The translations under genes and the position numbers were made by a program. DNA of 37,588 bases from Gemmatimonadota bacterium (lineage in GTDB: Bacteria; Gemmatimonadota; Gemmatimonadetes; Gemmatimonadales; GWC2-71-9), in the NCBI GenBank assembly GCA_003221005.1, contig QHTZ01000083.1, positions 1 through 37,588 on the forward strand, given 5' to 3'. Below, in pieces: positions 1-9,932 of the stretch (its first letter is position 1; every line of letters begins with the position of its first letter). The notes below the pieces were generated by a model. The model searched no databases, was not told the DNA's origin, and saw nothing but the letters and a program-made list of their open reading frames with translations.

Positions 1-201
1 GAGATCGGAGCCGCGGCGGGCCTGCGGTTCGTTTACGCGGGGAACCTCCCGGGACGGGTAGGCCGCTGGGAACACACCTACTGCCCCGACTGTGGGGACC
101 TGTTGATCGAGCGCCACGGCTACGTGATCCGTCGGCAGCGGATCGCGTCCGACGGTCGCTGCCCGAGTTGCGGGCGACGTGTTCCGGGCGTGTGGTGCTA
201 G
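1..201 (+). CDS. 3' end of AmmeMemoRadiSam-system radical SAM enzyme (partial)
   Basis: Frame +1 reads EIGAAAGLRFVYAGNLPGRVGRWEHTYCPDCGDLLIERHGY...GRCPSCGRRVPGVWC-TAG(199-201). The GLxxVYxGN...TxCPxC...LIxR...CPxC...GVW ending is typical of this family. Not in the ORF track because it lacks a start. Confidence 0.85.
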   Translation, partial: EIGAAAGLRFVYAGNLPGRVGRWEHTYCPDCGDLLIERHGYVIRRQRIASDGRCPSCGRRVPGVWC

Positions 202-1346
202 CGCTGGTTCTGCTCCTACAAACCGGGGTTGCTCAACCCACCGCGCGGTTCGACGGCGGGACGTTCGACCCGCTCGTGGAGCGGGGCATCCTGGAGGGTG
301 CGTATCCGGGCGCCGCGCTCGTCGTCGGGCGGCGTGACCGGGTGTTGTTCGCTCACGGGTACGGGCACCTCACCTGGTCGACCTCGAGCCCGCGCGTCGA
401 TCCCGAGAGCACGCTGTACGACCTCGCGTCCCTGACCAAGGTGATCGCGACCACCACCTCGCTGATGCTGCTGGTGGATCGTGGCACGGTGCAGCTGGAC
501 GCGCCGGTGGCGGCGTACGTCCCCGAGTTCGACGGCCCTGGCACCGCCGGGATCACGGTGCGGCACCTCCTCGCGCACACCTCGGGACTGCGGGCCGATC
601 TTCCGGACGCCGAGCTCAAGGCCCTGCGGGACAGCGGGGCGTTGATGCGGCGCGTGCTGGGCGAGACCCCTCGCGTCCCGCCGGGCCGCCGCGTGATCTA
701 CAGCGATCTCAACGCGATCGTGTTGGGTGAGGTGGTGCAGCGGGCGTCCAGCGAGCCGCTCGACGTGTTCGCGGCCCGGGAACTGTTCGCGCCGCTGGGG
801 CTGCGCGAGACACGGTTTCGGCCGCCGATCCGGATGCGGGCCCGGATCGCGCCCACGGGCGTGTGGCGGGGCCACGCGGTCGCGGGAGTCGTTAACGACG
901 CCAGCGCGTTCAAGCTGGGAGGCGTCTCGGGCAACGCGGGGCTGTTCGCCGGGGCGCTTGACGTGGCCCGGTTCGCGCAGTTCATGCTGCGCGAGGGCGC
1001 GCTCCCCGACGGCCGCCAGCTGGTGCGAGCGGAGACGGTGCGCGAGTTTCTCAAGCGCGCAGCGGCGCCGGAACGGGGAACCGGCGCCGAGGCGCGCGCG
1101 CTTGGGTGGCAGGCGGTGCCCACCGGCGAGACAGTGAGCAGCGCCGGCACGCTGCTCGGACCCCGCAGCTTCGGGCATACCGGCTGGACGGGGACGTCGC
1201 TTTGGATCGACCCGGATCGCAACCTGTTCGTGGTGCTGCTGACAAATCGCGCCTTCGCGCCGCGCGCCCGGCGCTCGTTCACGGCGCTGAAAACCGTGCG
1301 CGGCCAGATTGCCGACGCAGCTGCGCGCGCGTCCGATGCACGCTGA
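192..1346 (+). CDS. Serine hydrolase, beta-lactamase (class C/esterase-like) family, probably exported
   Basis: SxxK (ASLTK), LLxHTSG, YSD, GxxGNAGLF and FGHTG motifs with a short hydrophobic N-terminus. GTG at 192 or 195 overlapping the upstream stop is more likely than TTG 168. Confidence 0.88.
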   Translation: MVLALVLLLQTGVAQPTARFDGGTFDPLVERGILEGAYPGAALVVGRRDRVLFAHGYGHLTWSTSSPRVDPESTLYDLASLTKVIATTTSLMLLVDRGTVQLDAPVAAYVPEFDGPGTAGITVRHLLAHTSGLRADLPDAELKALRDSGALMRRVLGETPRVPPGRRVIYSDLNAIVLGEVVQRASSEPLDVFAARELFAPLGLRETRFRPPIRMRARIAPTGVWRGHAVAGVVNDASAFKLGGVSGNAGLFAGALDVARFAQFMLREGALPDGRQLVRAETVREFLKRAAAPERGTGAEARALGWQAVPTGETVSSAGTLLGPRSFGHTGWTGTSLWIDPDRNLFVVLLTNRAFAPRARRSFTALKTVRGQIADAAARASDAR

Positions 1347-1701
1347 CCGTCCCACCCTGATCTACGACGGGGAGTGCGGCTTCTGCCGGGAGGCGGTCGC
1401 GCTGGTCGCCCGCTGGGATCGGGATCACCGGGTGACCGTGATTCCGTTCCAGGACCAGGCACGCGTGGCGGCGTTTCAGGTGCCCCTCCCGGCGCTGGCG
1501 GCGGCGATGCACCTCGTGCTTCCCGACGGGCGCGTGTTCGCCGGGGCCGACGCCGCGGCCGTCCTGCTGCGCCTGCTGCCGGGCAAGCGGTGGCTCGCCT
1601 GGATCTTCGCGATCCCGGGCGTGCTGCCGGTGGCCCGGCGAGTGTACGCCTGGATCGCGCGGCGCCGGCGCTGCCTGGTGCGCGGCGTGGCGGTCGACTA
1701 A
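1336..1701 (+). CDS. DCC-family (DUF393) thiol-disulfide oxidoreductase
   Basis: IYDGECGFC (DxxCxxC) and the C-terminal YxWIARxR motif. ATG at 1336 overlaps the end of the previous gene. Confidence 0.88.
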   Translation: MHADRPTLIYDGECGFCREAVALVARWDRDHRVTVIPFQDQARVAAFQVPLPALAAAMHLVLPDGRVFAGADAAAVLLRLLPGKRWLAWIFAIPGVLPVARRVYAWIARRRRCLVRGVAVD

Positions 1702-1724
1702 CCTTCGCGCAGCAGGAGGCTCGT

Positions 1725-2033
1725 GTGACGGCGGCGACGCTGAGTGAAGAAGTGGCGCGCAACGCGCTCCGGCAGGTCAAGGATCCGGAGCTCGACCTCA
1801 ACATCATCGATCTCGGCCTCGTGTACGGGATCGACGTCGAGGACGGTGACGTGCGCGTCACCATGACCCTGACCTCGCCCGGGTGTCCGGCTGGACCGAT
1901 GATCACGAACGACGCCTACCGGGTGCTGCGAGCTCTGGAGGGTGTGAAGGACGTCAACATAGACATCGTCTGGGAACCCTACTGGACCCCAGAGCGCATC
2001 GATCCCAAGGTGCGGGCCCTGATGGGACTCTAA
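1725..2033 (+). CDS. Metal-sulfur cluster assembly factor, SufT/PaaD-like (DUF59)
   Basis: VKDPELDLNIIDLGLVY...MTLTSPGCP...WEPYWTPE signature. AGGAGG RBS at about 1714-1719 precedes GTG 1725. Confidence 0.92.
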   Translation: MTAATLSEEVARNALRQVKDPELDLNIIDLGLVYGIDVEDGDVRVTMTLTSPGCPAGPMITNDAYRVLRALEGVKDVNIDIVWEPYWTPERIDPKVRALMGL

Positions 2034-3151
2034 GCGAGCGCTGCGAGCAGGGCGTCCCCGAGGACCTGGATTTGCCAGCGCCGGAGTTCGCTCACCTGAG
2101 CGAGCCCGGCGCGATCGTTTGGACGGACCCGCGCCACGGCCTCGAGCGTGGCCCGCCCGCACAGCACGCCGGGATCGAGCGACAGCTCAGCGGCCACGCG
2201 GTTGCGGGCCGCCTTCAGGCGCTCGACGCGCGCGTCGAAATCGGCGTCGCGCGGCACCCGTGCCGTGCGCTCGATTCTCGGGAGGGCCTTCTCGTCCAGG
2301 GCGAGGGCGCGGCGCACCGATTCGAGCAACGCGGCCTCGTGGCGCTCGAGCAGCGTCGCAGGCACACCGGGCGTTTGCGCGAGCGCGGCCCGCGTCCGCG
2401 GCAGCGCACGACTCACGGCGAGCAAGGCTTCGTTTCCCATGATCCGGAACGACGCCCTGTCCTGTTTGGCCGCGAGCTCCTCGCGCCACCGGTGCAGGTC
2501 GCGCAGCGCTGCGAGCTGGCGGCCGGTGAGCGACTTCGCCCGCTTGATCCGCAGATAGGCGTCGGTCCCGTCCGCTGCGCCGGTCCAGCGCAGCGACTCC
2601 AGGCGCTCGAACTCTTCCTCCGCCCAGGCCAGCCGGCCGAGCTCTCGGAGCCGCGCCAGCAGCGCGTCGCGCAACACGGGCAGATGCCGCGTGTCGGCCG
2701 CCGCGTAAGCGAGCATGCTGGCGGGGAGGGGGCGGCGAGACCAGTCTGCCTTCTGGTGCTCCTTCGAGACCTTCAGGTGGACGTACTTCTCGAGCAGCGC
2801 GGCGAGACCGATCGCCGCCTCGCCCGCGAGTTGTGCCGCGACGCGTGTGTCCGACAGCCGAGCGGCGCGGAAGGCGTAGTCGCGGTCGAGAATCCGGAGA
2901 TCGTAGTCCGCGTCGTGGAACACCTTCTCGACCGCCCGGTCCGCGAGGAGGTCGCCCAAGGGAGCGAGATCCGGGAGCGCGAGGGGATCCAGGATCGCCG
3001 TGGCCCTGCGCGTAGAGAGCTGGACCAGGTAGATGCGGTCGCGGTACTTGTGGAAGCTCGCCGCCTCCGTGTCCACAGCCACGAGGGGCTCCCGGCGAAA
3101 TGCCGAGATTACTTCAGCTAGCGCGTCAGGACTGCGAACGTAGCTATCCAC
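2030..3151 (-). CDS. rnd: Ribonuclease D (DEDDy 3'-5' exonuclease with HRDC domains)
   Basis: AVDTE, KVFHDADYD, DWSRRPL, YAAAD and WREELA...DR motifs, with an ELRRWQ C-terminal HRDC2-like segment. Confidence 0.92.
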   Translation of the reverse strand: MDSYVRSPDALAEVISAFRREPLVAVDTEAASFHKYRDRIYLVQLSTRRATAILDPLALPDLAPLGDLLADRAVEKVFHDADYDLRILDRDYAFRAARLSDTRVAAQLAGEAAIGLAALLEKYVHLKVSKEHQKADWSRRPLPASMLAYAAADTRHLPVLRDALLARLRELGRLAWAEEEFERLESLRWTGAADGTDAYLRIKRAKSLTGRQLAALRDLHRWREELAAKQDRASFRIMGNEALLAVSRALPRTRAALAQTPGVPATLLERHEAALLESVRRALALDEKALPRIERTARVPRDADFDARVERLKAARNRVAAELSLDPGVLCGRATLEAVARVRPNDRAGLAQVSELRRWQIQVLGDALLAALA

Positions 3152-3222
3152 ACAGTGTCGCGGCGGTGTGGAAAGGTGCGTAACTGTAGTGATACTGTCG
3201 TGATGACGACATCACGTCCGGT

Positions 3223-3393
3223 TCACTCTTCCTTCCCCAGCTGGTCCAGCCCGGCGGCAATCTCTTCGAGCGCTTTGGCGAGCGTCTTGTAGAACTCGGG
3301 ATCGGGCGGTTGGGCAGGGCCGCCGAGCGGGTCTCCCGCGCACTTGCGCGCAGCCCGCGCCGCGTGGCGGATGTAGTCCGTGGCAACGTGCAT
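3223..3393 (-). CDS. Small hypothetical protein (56 aa, helical)
   Basis: ATG at 3393 gives MHVATDYIRHAARAARKC...FYKTLAKALEEIAAGLDQLGKEE, with GC3-rich codons, filling the gap upstream of rnd. It starts only about 20 nt from the divergent start at 3414, so one start may be misplaced. Confidence 0.5.
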   Translation of the reverse strand: MHVATDYIRHAARAARKCAGDPLGGPAQPPDPEFYKTLAKALEEIAAGLDQLGKEE

Positions 3394-3413
3394 CGTGGCT
3401 CTCGCGTGAAGGG

Positions 3414-4400
3414 GTGTCATTGGATCCGTCGGCCCTGACCCGAAAGATACGCGCGGCGCTGAGCGCTTGTAGCCTCGGGGCCTGGCCAACGCCGCTCGAG
3501 CCTGCCGTGCAGCTCGGGGAGTCGGTCGGTGTGCGCGCGCTATGGGTGAAGCGGGAGGACCTCTCCGCGGCGGCGTATGGCGGCAACAAGGTTCGCGGCC
3601 TGGAATTCCTGCTCGCGGGCGCGCCGGCGGCGACGGTGTTCGTGACGTTGGGCGGCACGGGCTCGACGCACTGTCTCGCGACCGCAGTGCACGCCGCCGC
3701 ACTCTCTTACCGAGCGGTGCTGGCCCAGTTTCCGCAACCCGCAACCGAGGCGAGCGTGGCAGTCGCGGAGGCATGCGTGCGCTCGGCAGCGGCTGTGGTC
3801 CGGGCACGCTCCCGGGTCGGACTGCCGCTCGCGGTTGTGCGCGCGTGGCTGGTCGCGCGGCGGCTCGGGTTGCCCCATTGGATTCCAGGCGGCGGTGCCG
3901 ATCCGCGCGCGGTGGCGGGTCACCTCGTCGCTGGGTTGGAGCTCTCCTCCCAGTTGCCCGTGCCGCCCGACGCGATCGTCACGCCCCTTGGGTCGGGGGG
4001 CACAGCGGCGGGCCTCCTGCTCGCCGTGGCTGCGCTCGGCTGGCCGACCCGGGTGGTCGCGGCGCGCGTCGCTCCCTTGCCCGTCGCGAACCGCTGGCGC
4101 GTCGCCGCGCTGGCCCGCGGGGCGACGCGTCTGCTGGCGGCGAACGGCGTACCCGTCCCCCGTCCCCTGTCCCTCGTCCCTCTTGTCCTCGATTGTTTGG
4201 GGGCGGGTTACGGTCATCCCACGGCTGCGGGCGAAGCGGCGCGCGCACACGCGGCGGCGCACGGCTTGCGGCTCGATCCCACGTATGGCGCGAAGGCGTT
4301 CGCCGCGTTGCCGGCGCTCGTGCCGCGCGGGTTTCGACGCATCGTGTTTTGGCATACCTTTGCGTTCCCGGTCCGCCGCACCTGGGAGCCCTCGTCGTGA
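3414..4400 (+). CDS. PLP-dependent enzyme, D-cysteine desulfhydrase/ACC deaminase family
   Basis: PTPLE, WVKREDL, GGNKVR (PLP lysine), GSGGTAAGL, GxGYG and LDPTYGAK motifs. Confidence 0.85.
   Translation: MSLDPSALTRKIRAALSACSLGAWPTPLEPAVQLGESVGVRALWVKREDLSAAAYGGNKVRGLEFLLAGAPAATVFVTLGGTGSTHCLATAVHAAALSYRAVLAQFPQPATEASVAVAEACVRSAAAVVRARSRVGLPLAVVRAWLVARRLGLPHWIPGGGADPRAVAGHLVAGLELSSQLPVPPDAIVTPLGSGGTAAGLLLAVAALGWPTRVVAARVAPLPVANRWRVAALARGATRLLAANGVPVPRPLSLVPLVLDCLGAGYGHPTAAGEAARAHAAAHGLRLDPTYGAKAFAALPALVPRGFRRIVFWHTFAFPVRRTWEPSS
4154..4181 (+). repeat. Four tandem heptamers YGTCCCY inside the desulfhydrase-like CDS
   Basis: CGTCCCC CGTCCCC TGTCCCT CGTCCCT read directly from the sequence. Confidence 0.7.
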
Positions 4401-5605
4401 CCGCGCTGCCCACCGTCGACCTCACCGTCTATCCCCTCGAGTGCGACGCCTTCGGGCATCTGAACCATGCCTCGGTGCTCGCGCTCTTCGAGCGCGCGCG
4501 CTGGGAGAGCCTCGCCCGGGGGCCGGGCATGGACCTGTTCCACCGCACCGGAGTCGCCCCGGTCGTCCGCAAGGCCACGGTGGACTATCGAGCGGCTGCC
4601 TTCCCGGGCGACGTGCTGCGCGTGGAGACGGTGATCACGCATCGCGGCACGACGAGCTGGACCGCCCGCCAGACCGCCCGGCGTACGCGGGACGGCAGCG
4701 TGATCGCGGAAGCGGAAATCGTCTTCGTGTGCGTGGATGGGGCAGGCCGCCCCGTGCCGCTACCGGGCGAAGTCGCGCGGGTTCTGGGTCCGCGGAGCAC
4801 GGCGGCGCACGCGCCGCAACGCATCGCGGTGGACGGCGCGGAGCTCGCCGTGGAAGTGCGCGGCGAGGGTGGGCCGGTGTTGTTCGTCCACGGGTTCCCC
4901 TTCGACCGGACGGTGTGGCGCCACCAGCTCGCAGCGCTGTCCCGGTGGAAGCGCATCGCGCCGGACCTGCGGGGGGCGGGTGAATCGACGGCGCCGCCCG
5001 ACGGCTACACCATCGCCCGCTACGCGGACGATCTGGTCGCGGTGCTCGATGCGCTGGGCGTGCGGCAGGCGGTGGTCTGCGGGCTCTCGCTGGGCGGATA
5101 CATCGCCTTCGAGCTGCTGCGCCGTCACGCCGACCGGGTGCGCGCGGTCGTGCTCTGCGGCACGCGGCCGCAACCCGATGCGGACGACGCGCGGCGCACG
5201 CGTGACGAGCTGGCGTCTCTGGCGGCGGATCGAGGCACGGCGGCGGTGGGCGAGCGTCTGCTTTCGCGGTTGCTCGCGTCCGCGACGTTGGTGGAGCAGC
5301 CCGAGGTCGTGGAACAGTACCGGGAGATGACGCGGCGGATGTCGGTGCCCGGGATGGCGGGCGCGCTCCGGGCGATGCGCGACCGCCCGGATTCCACGCC
5401 GCTCCTGTCGAAGATTCGCGTGCCGACACTGGTCGTCGTAGGCAGCGAGGACCAGGTATCGCCGCCGGCGGTGGCCGAGGCGATGGCGGACGCGATCCCG
5501 GGCGCGCGGCTCGTGGTGATCTCCGCCGCCGGCCACCTCGCGCCGCTCGAGCAGCCTCTTGCGACGAGCCGCGCCGTGATGGATTTCCTGGAGGGACTGA
5601 CTTAG
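4397..5605 (+). CDS. Fusion of YbgC/4HBT-like hotdog thioesterase and alpha/beta-hydrolase (PcaD enol-lactonase-like)
   Basis: GTG 4397 overlaps the upstream TGA. N-terminal ECDAFGHLNH...FE hotdog motif; C-terminal HGFP, PDLRGxG, GLSLGG nucleophile elbow, GSED and AGHL. Confidence 0.85.
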   Translation: MTALPTVDLTVYPLECDAFGHLNHASVLALFERARWESLARGPGMDLFHRTGVAPVVRKATVDYRAAAFPGDVLRVETVITHRGTTSWTARQTARRTRDGSVIAEAEIVFVCVDGAGRPVPLPGEVARVLGPRSTAAHAPQRIAVDGAELAVEVRGEGGPVLFVHGFPFDRTVWRHQLAALSRWKRIAPDLRGAGESTAPPDGYTIARYADDLVAVLDALGVRQAVVCGLSLGGYIAFELLRRHADRVRAVVLCGTRPQPDADDARRTRDELASLAADRGTAAVGERLLSRLLASATLVEQPEVVEQYREMTRRMSVPGMAGALRAMRDRPDSTPLLSKIRVPTLVVVGSEDQVSPPAVAEAMADAIPGARLVVISAAGHLAPLEQPLATSRAVMDFLEGLT

Positions 5606-5619
5606 AACGACGAGCCCGC

Positions 5620-5892
5620 TCAGGAGCCTTTGCGCTGGGGCTTGCCGGGCGGTGTCGCGCTTTGGAAGACATCCCGGTTCTTGGCGATGTACGACTTCCA
5701 CTGCTCCGGAGTGTCTTCCTCCGGGAAGATGGCTGTCACCGGGCACTCCGGCTCACAGGCACCGCAGTCGATGCACTCGTCGGGATGGATGTACAGCATG
5801 TCCTCTCCCTCGTAGATGCAGTCCACCGGGCACACATCCACGCAGGAGCGGTCCTTCACGCCGATGCAGGGCTCGGCAATGATGTACGGCAT
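5620..5892 (-). CDS. fdxA: Dicluster (7Fe/8Fe-type) ferredoxin
   Basis: MPYIIAEPC...[10 protein letters not shown]...[14 protein letters not shown] signature. Confidence 0.93.
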   Translation of the reverse strand: MPYIIAEPCIGVKDRSCVDVCPVDCIYEGEDMLYIHPDECIDCGACEPECPVTAIFPEEDTPEQWKSYIAKNRDVFQSATPPGKPQRKGS

Positions 5893-5989
5893 CTCGACTC
5901 CGTCTCGGTCGCCTGAAGACTGCGGGCGCGCGGCTGAATTGTAGATGGGGCCCCAACCCAGTCAAGGCCAGTGGGACAAACCTCTCGCG

Positions 5990-6035
5990 TTGCCTGTTCG
6001 GATACTGACGAGTATCCTTGATACTCATGGGTATC
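5990..6035 (+). promoter_or_regulatory. Sigma70-like promoter overlapped by two tandem palindromic operators (probable TetR autoregulatory site)
   Basis: TTGCCT (5990-5995), 17 bp spacer, TATCCT (6013-6018). Palindromes GATACT-GACG-AGTATC (6001-6016) and GATAC-TCATGG-GTATC (6020-6035); the second spans the ATG at 6027. Confidence 0.75.
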
Positions 6036-6442
6036 GTTCGTCAGAGGCGGAAGGCGGAAACCCGGGTGCTGCTCCTCGAGGCGGGGCTGCGGGTGTTCGC
6101 CGAGCGCGGGATCGAGCTCGCGACTCTGGACGACGTGGCGGAGGCAGCGGGCTTTACGAAGGGTGCGATCTACCGGCAGTTCCGGTCCAAGAGCGCATTC
6201 CTGTTGGGACTGTTCGAGCAGTACGCGGCCGTAGCCCGCGCCGGCTCGGGGGCGCGGCAGGCGTCCTGGTTCTTGCCCCTCACGATCCAGTTCGCGTCGC
6301 AGGCGATGCGGGACCCGCTGCTGCGACGTCGGTTCGCGGTGGTGCTCGCCGAAGCGCCCGTCGGAGCCACGCCGGAGGGAGAGCTGCTGAAAGCACTCGC
6401 GCGGGTGCTGCGCTCGCCGCAGGGCACCGCGCCCCCGGCGGC

Positions 6443-6446
<4 letters not shown>
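6027..6446 (+). CDS. TetR/AcrR-family transcriptional regulator (short)
   Basis: LLEAGLRVFAERG...TLDDVAEAAGFTKGAIYRQFRSK HTH motif; ATG at 6027. Confidence 0.9.
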
Positions 6447-8533
<2,087 letters not shown>

Positions 8534-8567
8534 CTTGAAGCTAACACGCGTCGCCGGACGGGGCCGT

Positions 8568-9116
8568 CTAGGGAAGCTCCCGAGGGTTCGGCTGGCCGTA
8601 GCGCTCGGCGGGATCGTGCAGCTTTTCCCACTCCGAGCGGAAGGAAAAGGGGTCGAGGCCCGTCGCCCGATCCACCGCGAGGATCCCATCCAGGTGGTCG
8701 ATCTCATGCTGCAACAGCTCCGCCATCGGTCCCTCGAGTTGCGCCGTGTGCGGCTTGCCCTTCAGGTCGGTGTAGTTCAGCGTCGCCTGGTAGGCTCGGG
8801 TGACGCGCACGAGGAGATTGGGGAAGCAAAAGCAGTCGTCCCAAACCACGAAGTCGTCGGGGCCCACGTCAGTGATCTCGGGGTTCACCATGGTCCAGCG
8901 CTGCTTGTCGACCTCGACGAATACGATCCGGACCGGCGCCCCGATCTGGGGGGCAGCGAGCGCCCGTCCCATCCGGTACCGCTTTCGGGCGGTCCGCAGG
9001 GTGTCGCGCAGGTCATCGGCCACCAGCCGCGTCGCGGCCGACTTGTGGTCCAACACCTTCTCGCAGCGGACCCGCAGAATGGGATCGCCTAACTGGCGAA
9101 TGCGGCGGACGGCCAT
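8568..9116 (-). CDS. def: Peptide deformylase-like protein (variant motifs)
   Basis: GDPILR, ALAAPQIG, NPEI and QHEIDHLDG motifs; motif II is DDCFC instead of EGCLS. ATG 9116 (MAVRRI) preferred as start. Confidence 0.82.
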   Translation of the reverse strand: MAVRRIRQLGDPILRVRCEKVLDHKSAATRLVADDLRDTLRTARKRYRMGRALAAPQIGAPVRIVFVEVDKQRWTMVNPEITDVGPDDFVVWDDCFCFPNLLVRVTRAYQATLNYTDLKGKPHTAQLEGPMAELLQHEIDHLDGILAVDRATGLDPFSFRSEWEKLHDPAERYGQPNPRELP

Positions 9117-9173
9117 GGGCCGCAAATGTGGGGGTTTGGCGTGGTTGTGCAACTCGCGGTAACGTAGTGCGCC

Positions 9174-9788
9174 ATGTCCCTAGCCGGCGTGGTACTGGCG
9201 GCCGGGCCTTCGGTCCGCATGGGAATCCCCAAGGCTCTGCTGGACTTCCGCGGCCAGTCCTTCGTGATCCGCATCGTGGACGCCCTCGCCGCGCTCGAGG
9301 TGAAGCCGCGCCTAGTTGTCCTGGGCGCGGACGCCGCGCGAGTCAGGCCCCTGCTCGCGACCGCTCCCGACTGCCACGTCGTCGAGAACCCGGACGTCGC
9401 AGCGGGTCCAATCGCCTCGCTGCGCTGCGCGCTCGCCGCGCTGCGGCCGGCGCGGCCCGAGGGCCTGCTCGCGTGGCCGGTCGACCTCCCACACGTCCGC
9501 ATTGCCACGGTCGAGCGCATAATCGAAGCGTACCGCCACGCGCGGCCCCCCGCCGTCGTTCCCGCCTTCGGAGGGCGCCGGGGACACCCGGTGCTGTGGG
9601 ACGAAGCGCTGTTCGCCGAGCTCGAGACCAGTGCGGACGCAACGCGCCATGGCGCCCGCGCCGTCCTCAAGGCTCACGAGGATGAGCTCGCGGTCGTTGC
9701 TGTGGACGACCCCGCCGTGCTCGACGACGTGAATACGCCCGCGGACTATGAGCGGTTGGTCCGGGAGCTGAATCGGGACATATACTGA
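9174..9788 (+). CDS. MocA/YgfJ-like nucleotidyltransferase (molybdenum cofactor cytidylyltransferase family)
   Basis: VLAAGPSVRMGIPKALL, PVDLP, GRRGHPVL, GAR and DVNTPADY motifs. Confidence 0.85.
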   Translation: MSLAGVVLAAGPSVRMGIPKALLDFRGQSFVIRIVDALAALEVKPRLVVLGADAARVRPLLATAPDCHVVENPDVAAGPIASLRCALAALRPARPEGLLAWPVDLPHVRIATVERIIEAYRHARPPAVVPAFGGRRGHPVLWDEALFAELETSADATRHGARAVLKAHEDELAVVAVDDPAVLDDVNTPADYERLVRELNRDIY

Positions 9789-9835
9789 AGGCAAGAGGCG
9801 TCGAGGAAAGGCGTAAGAGACGGGCGTCCCCTTGG

Positions 9836-9864
9836 TTGACAATCCCGAATAAATCCCTTAGGAT
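9836..9864 (+). promoter_or_regulatory. Sigma70-type promoter of the suf operon
   Basis: Perfect TTGACA (9836-9841), 17 bp spacer, TAGGAT (9859-9864) in an AT-enriched intergenic region. GAGGAG RBS precedes sufB. Confidence 0.75.
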
Positions 9865-9932
9865 TCGCAAAAGCACACCACGACCCCCACCGCAACTCGC
9901 AGTCCACAAAGGACTTCGGGCGAGGAGCACGG

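Noticed and set aside
192-1346. True beta-lactam resistance gene
   Set aside because: YSD in place of YxN and an HTG triad fit the esterase/amidase-like members; resistance cannot be inferred.
3144-3152. CTATCCACA, a one-mismatch DnaA box
   Set aside because: It is isolated and coincides with the rnd start codons (GTG GAT AG), so coding sequence explains it.
3542-4396. N-terminal extension of the 687-aa ORF, and similar extensions of ORFs starting at 1374, 5945, 11120, 13290, 24955, 30705 and 27566(-)
   Set aside because: The extensions overlap upstream genes in another frame; the real starts coincide with stop/start overlaps or RBS sites.
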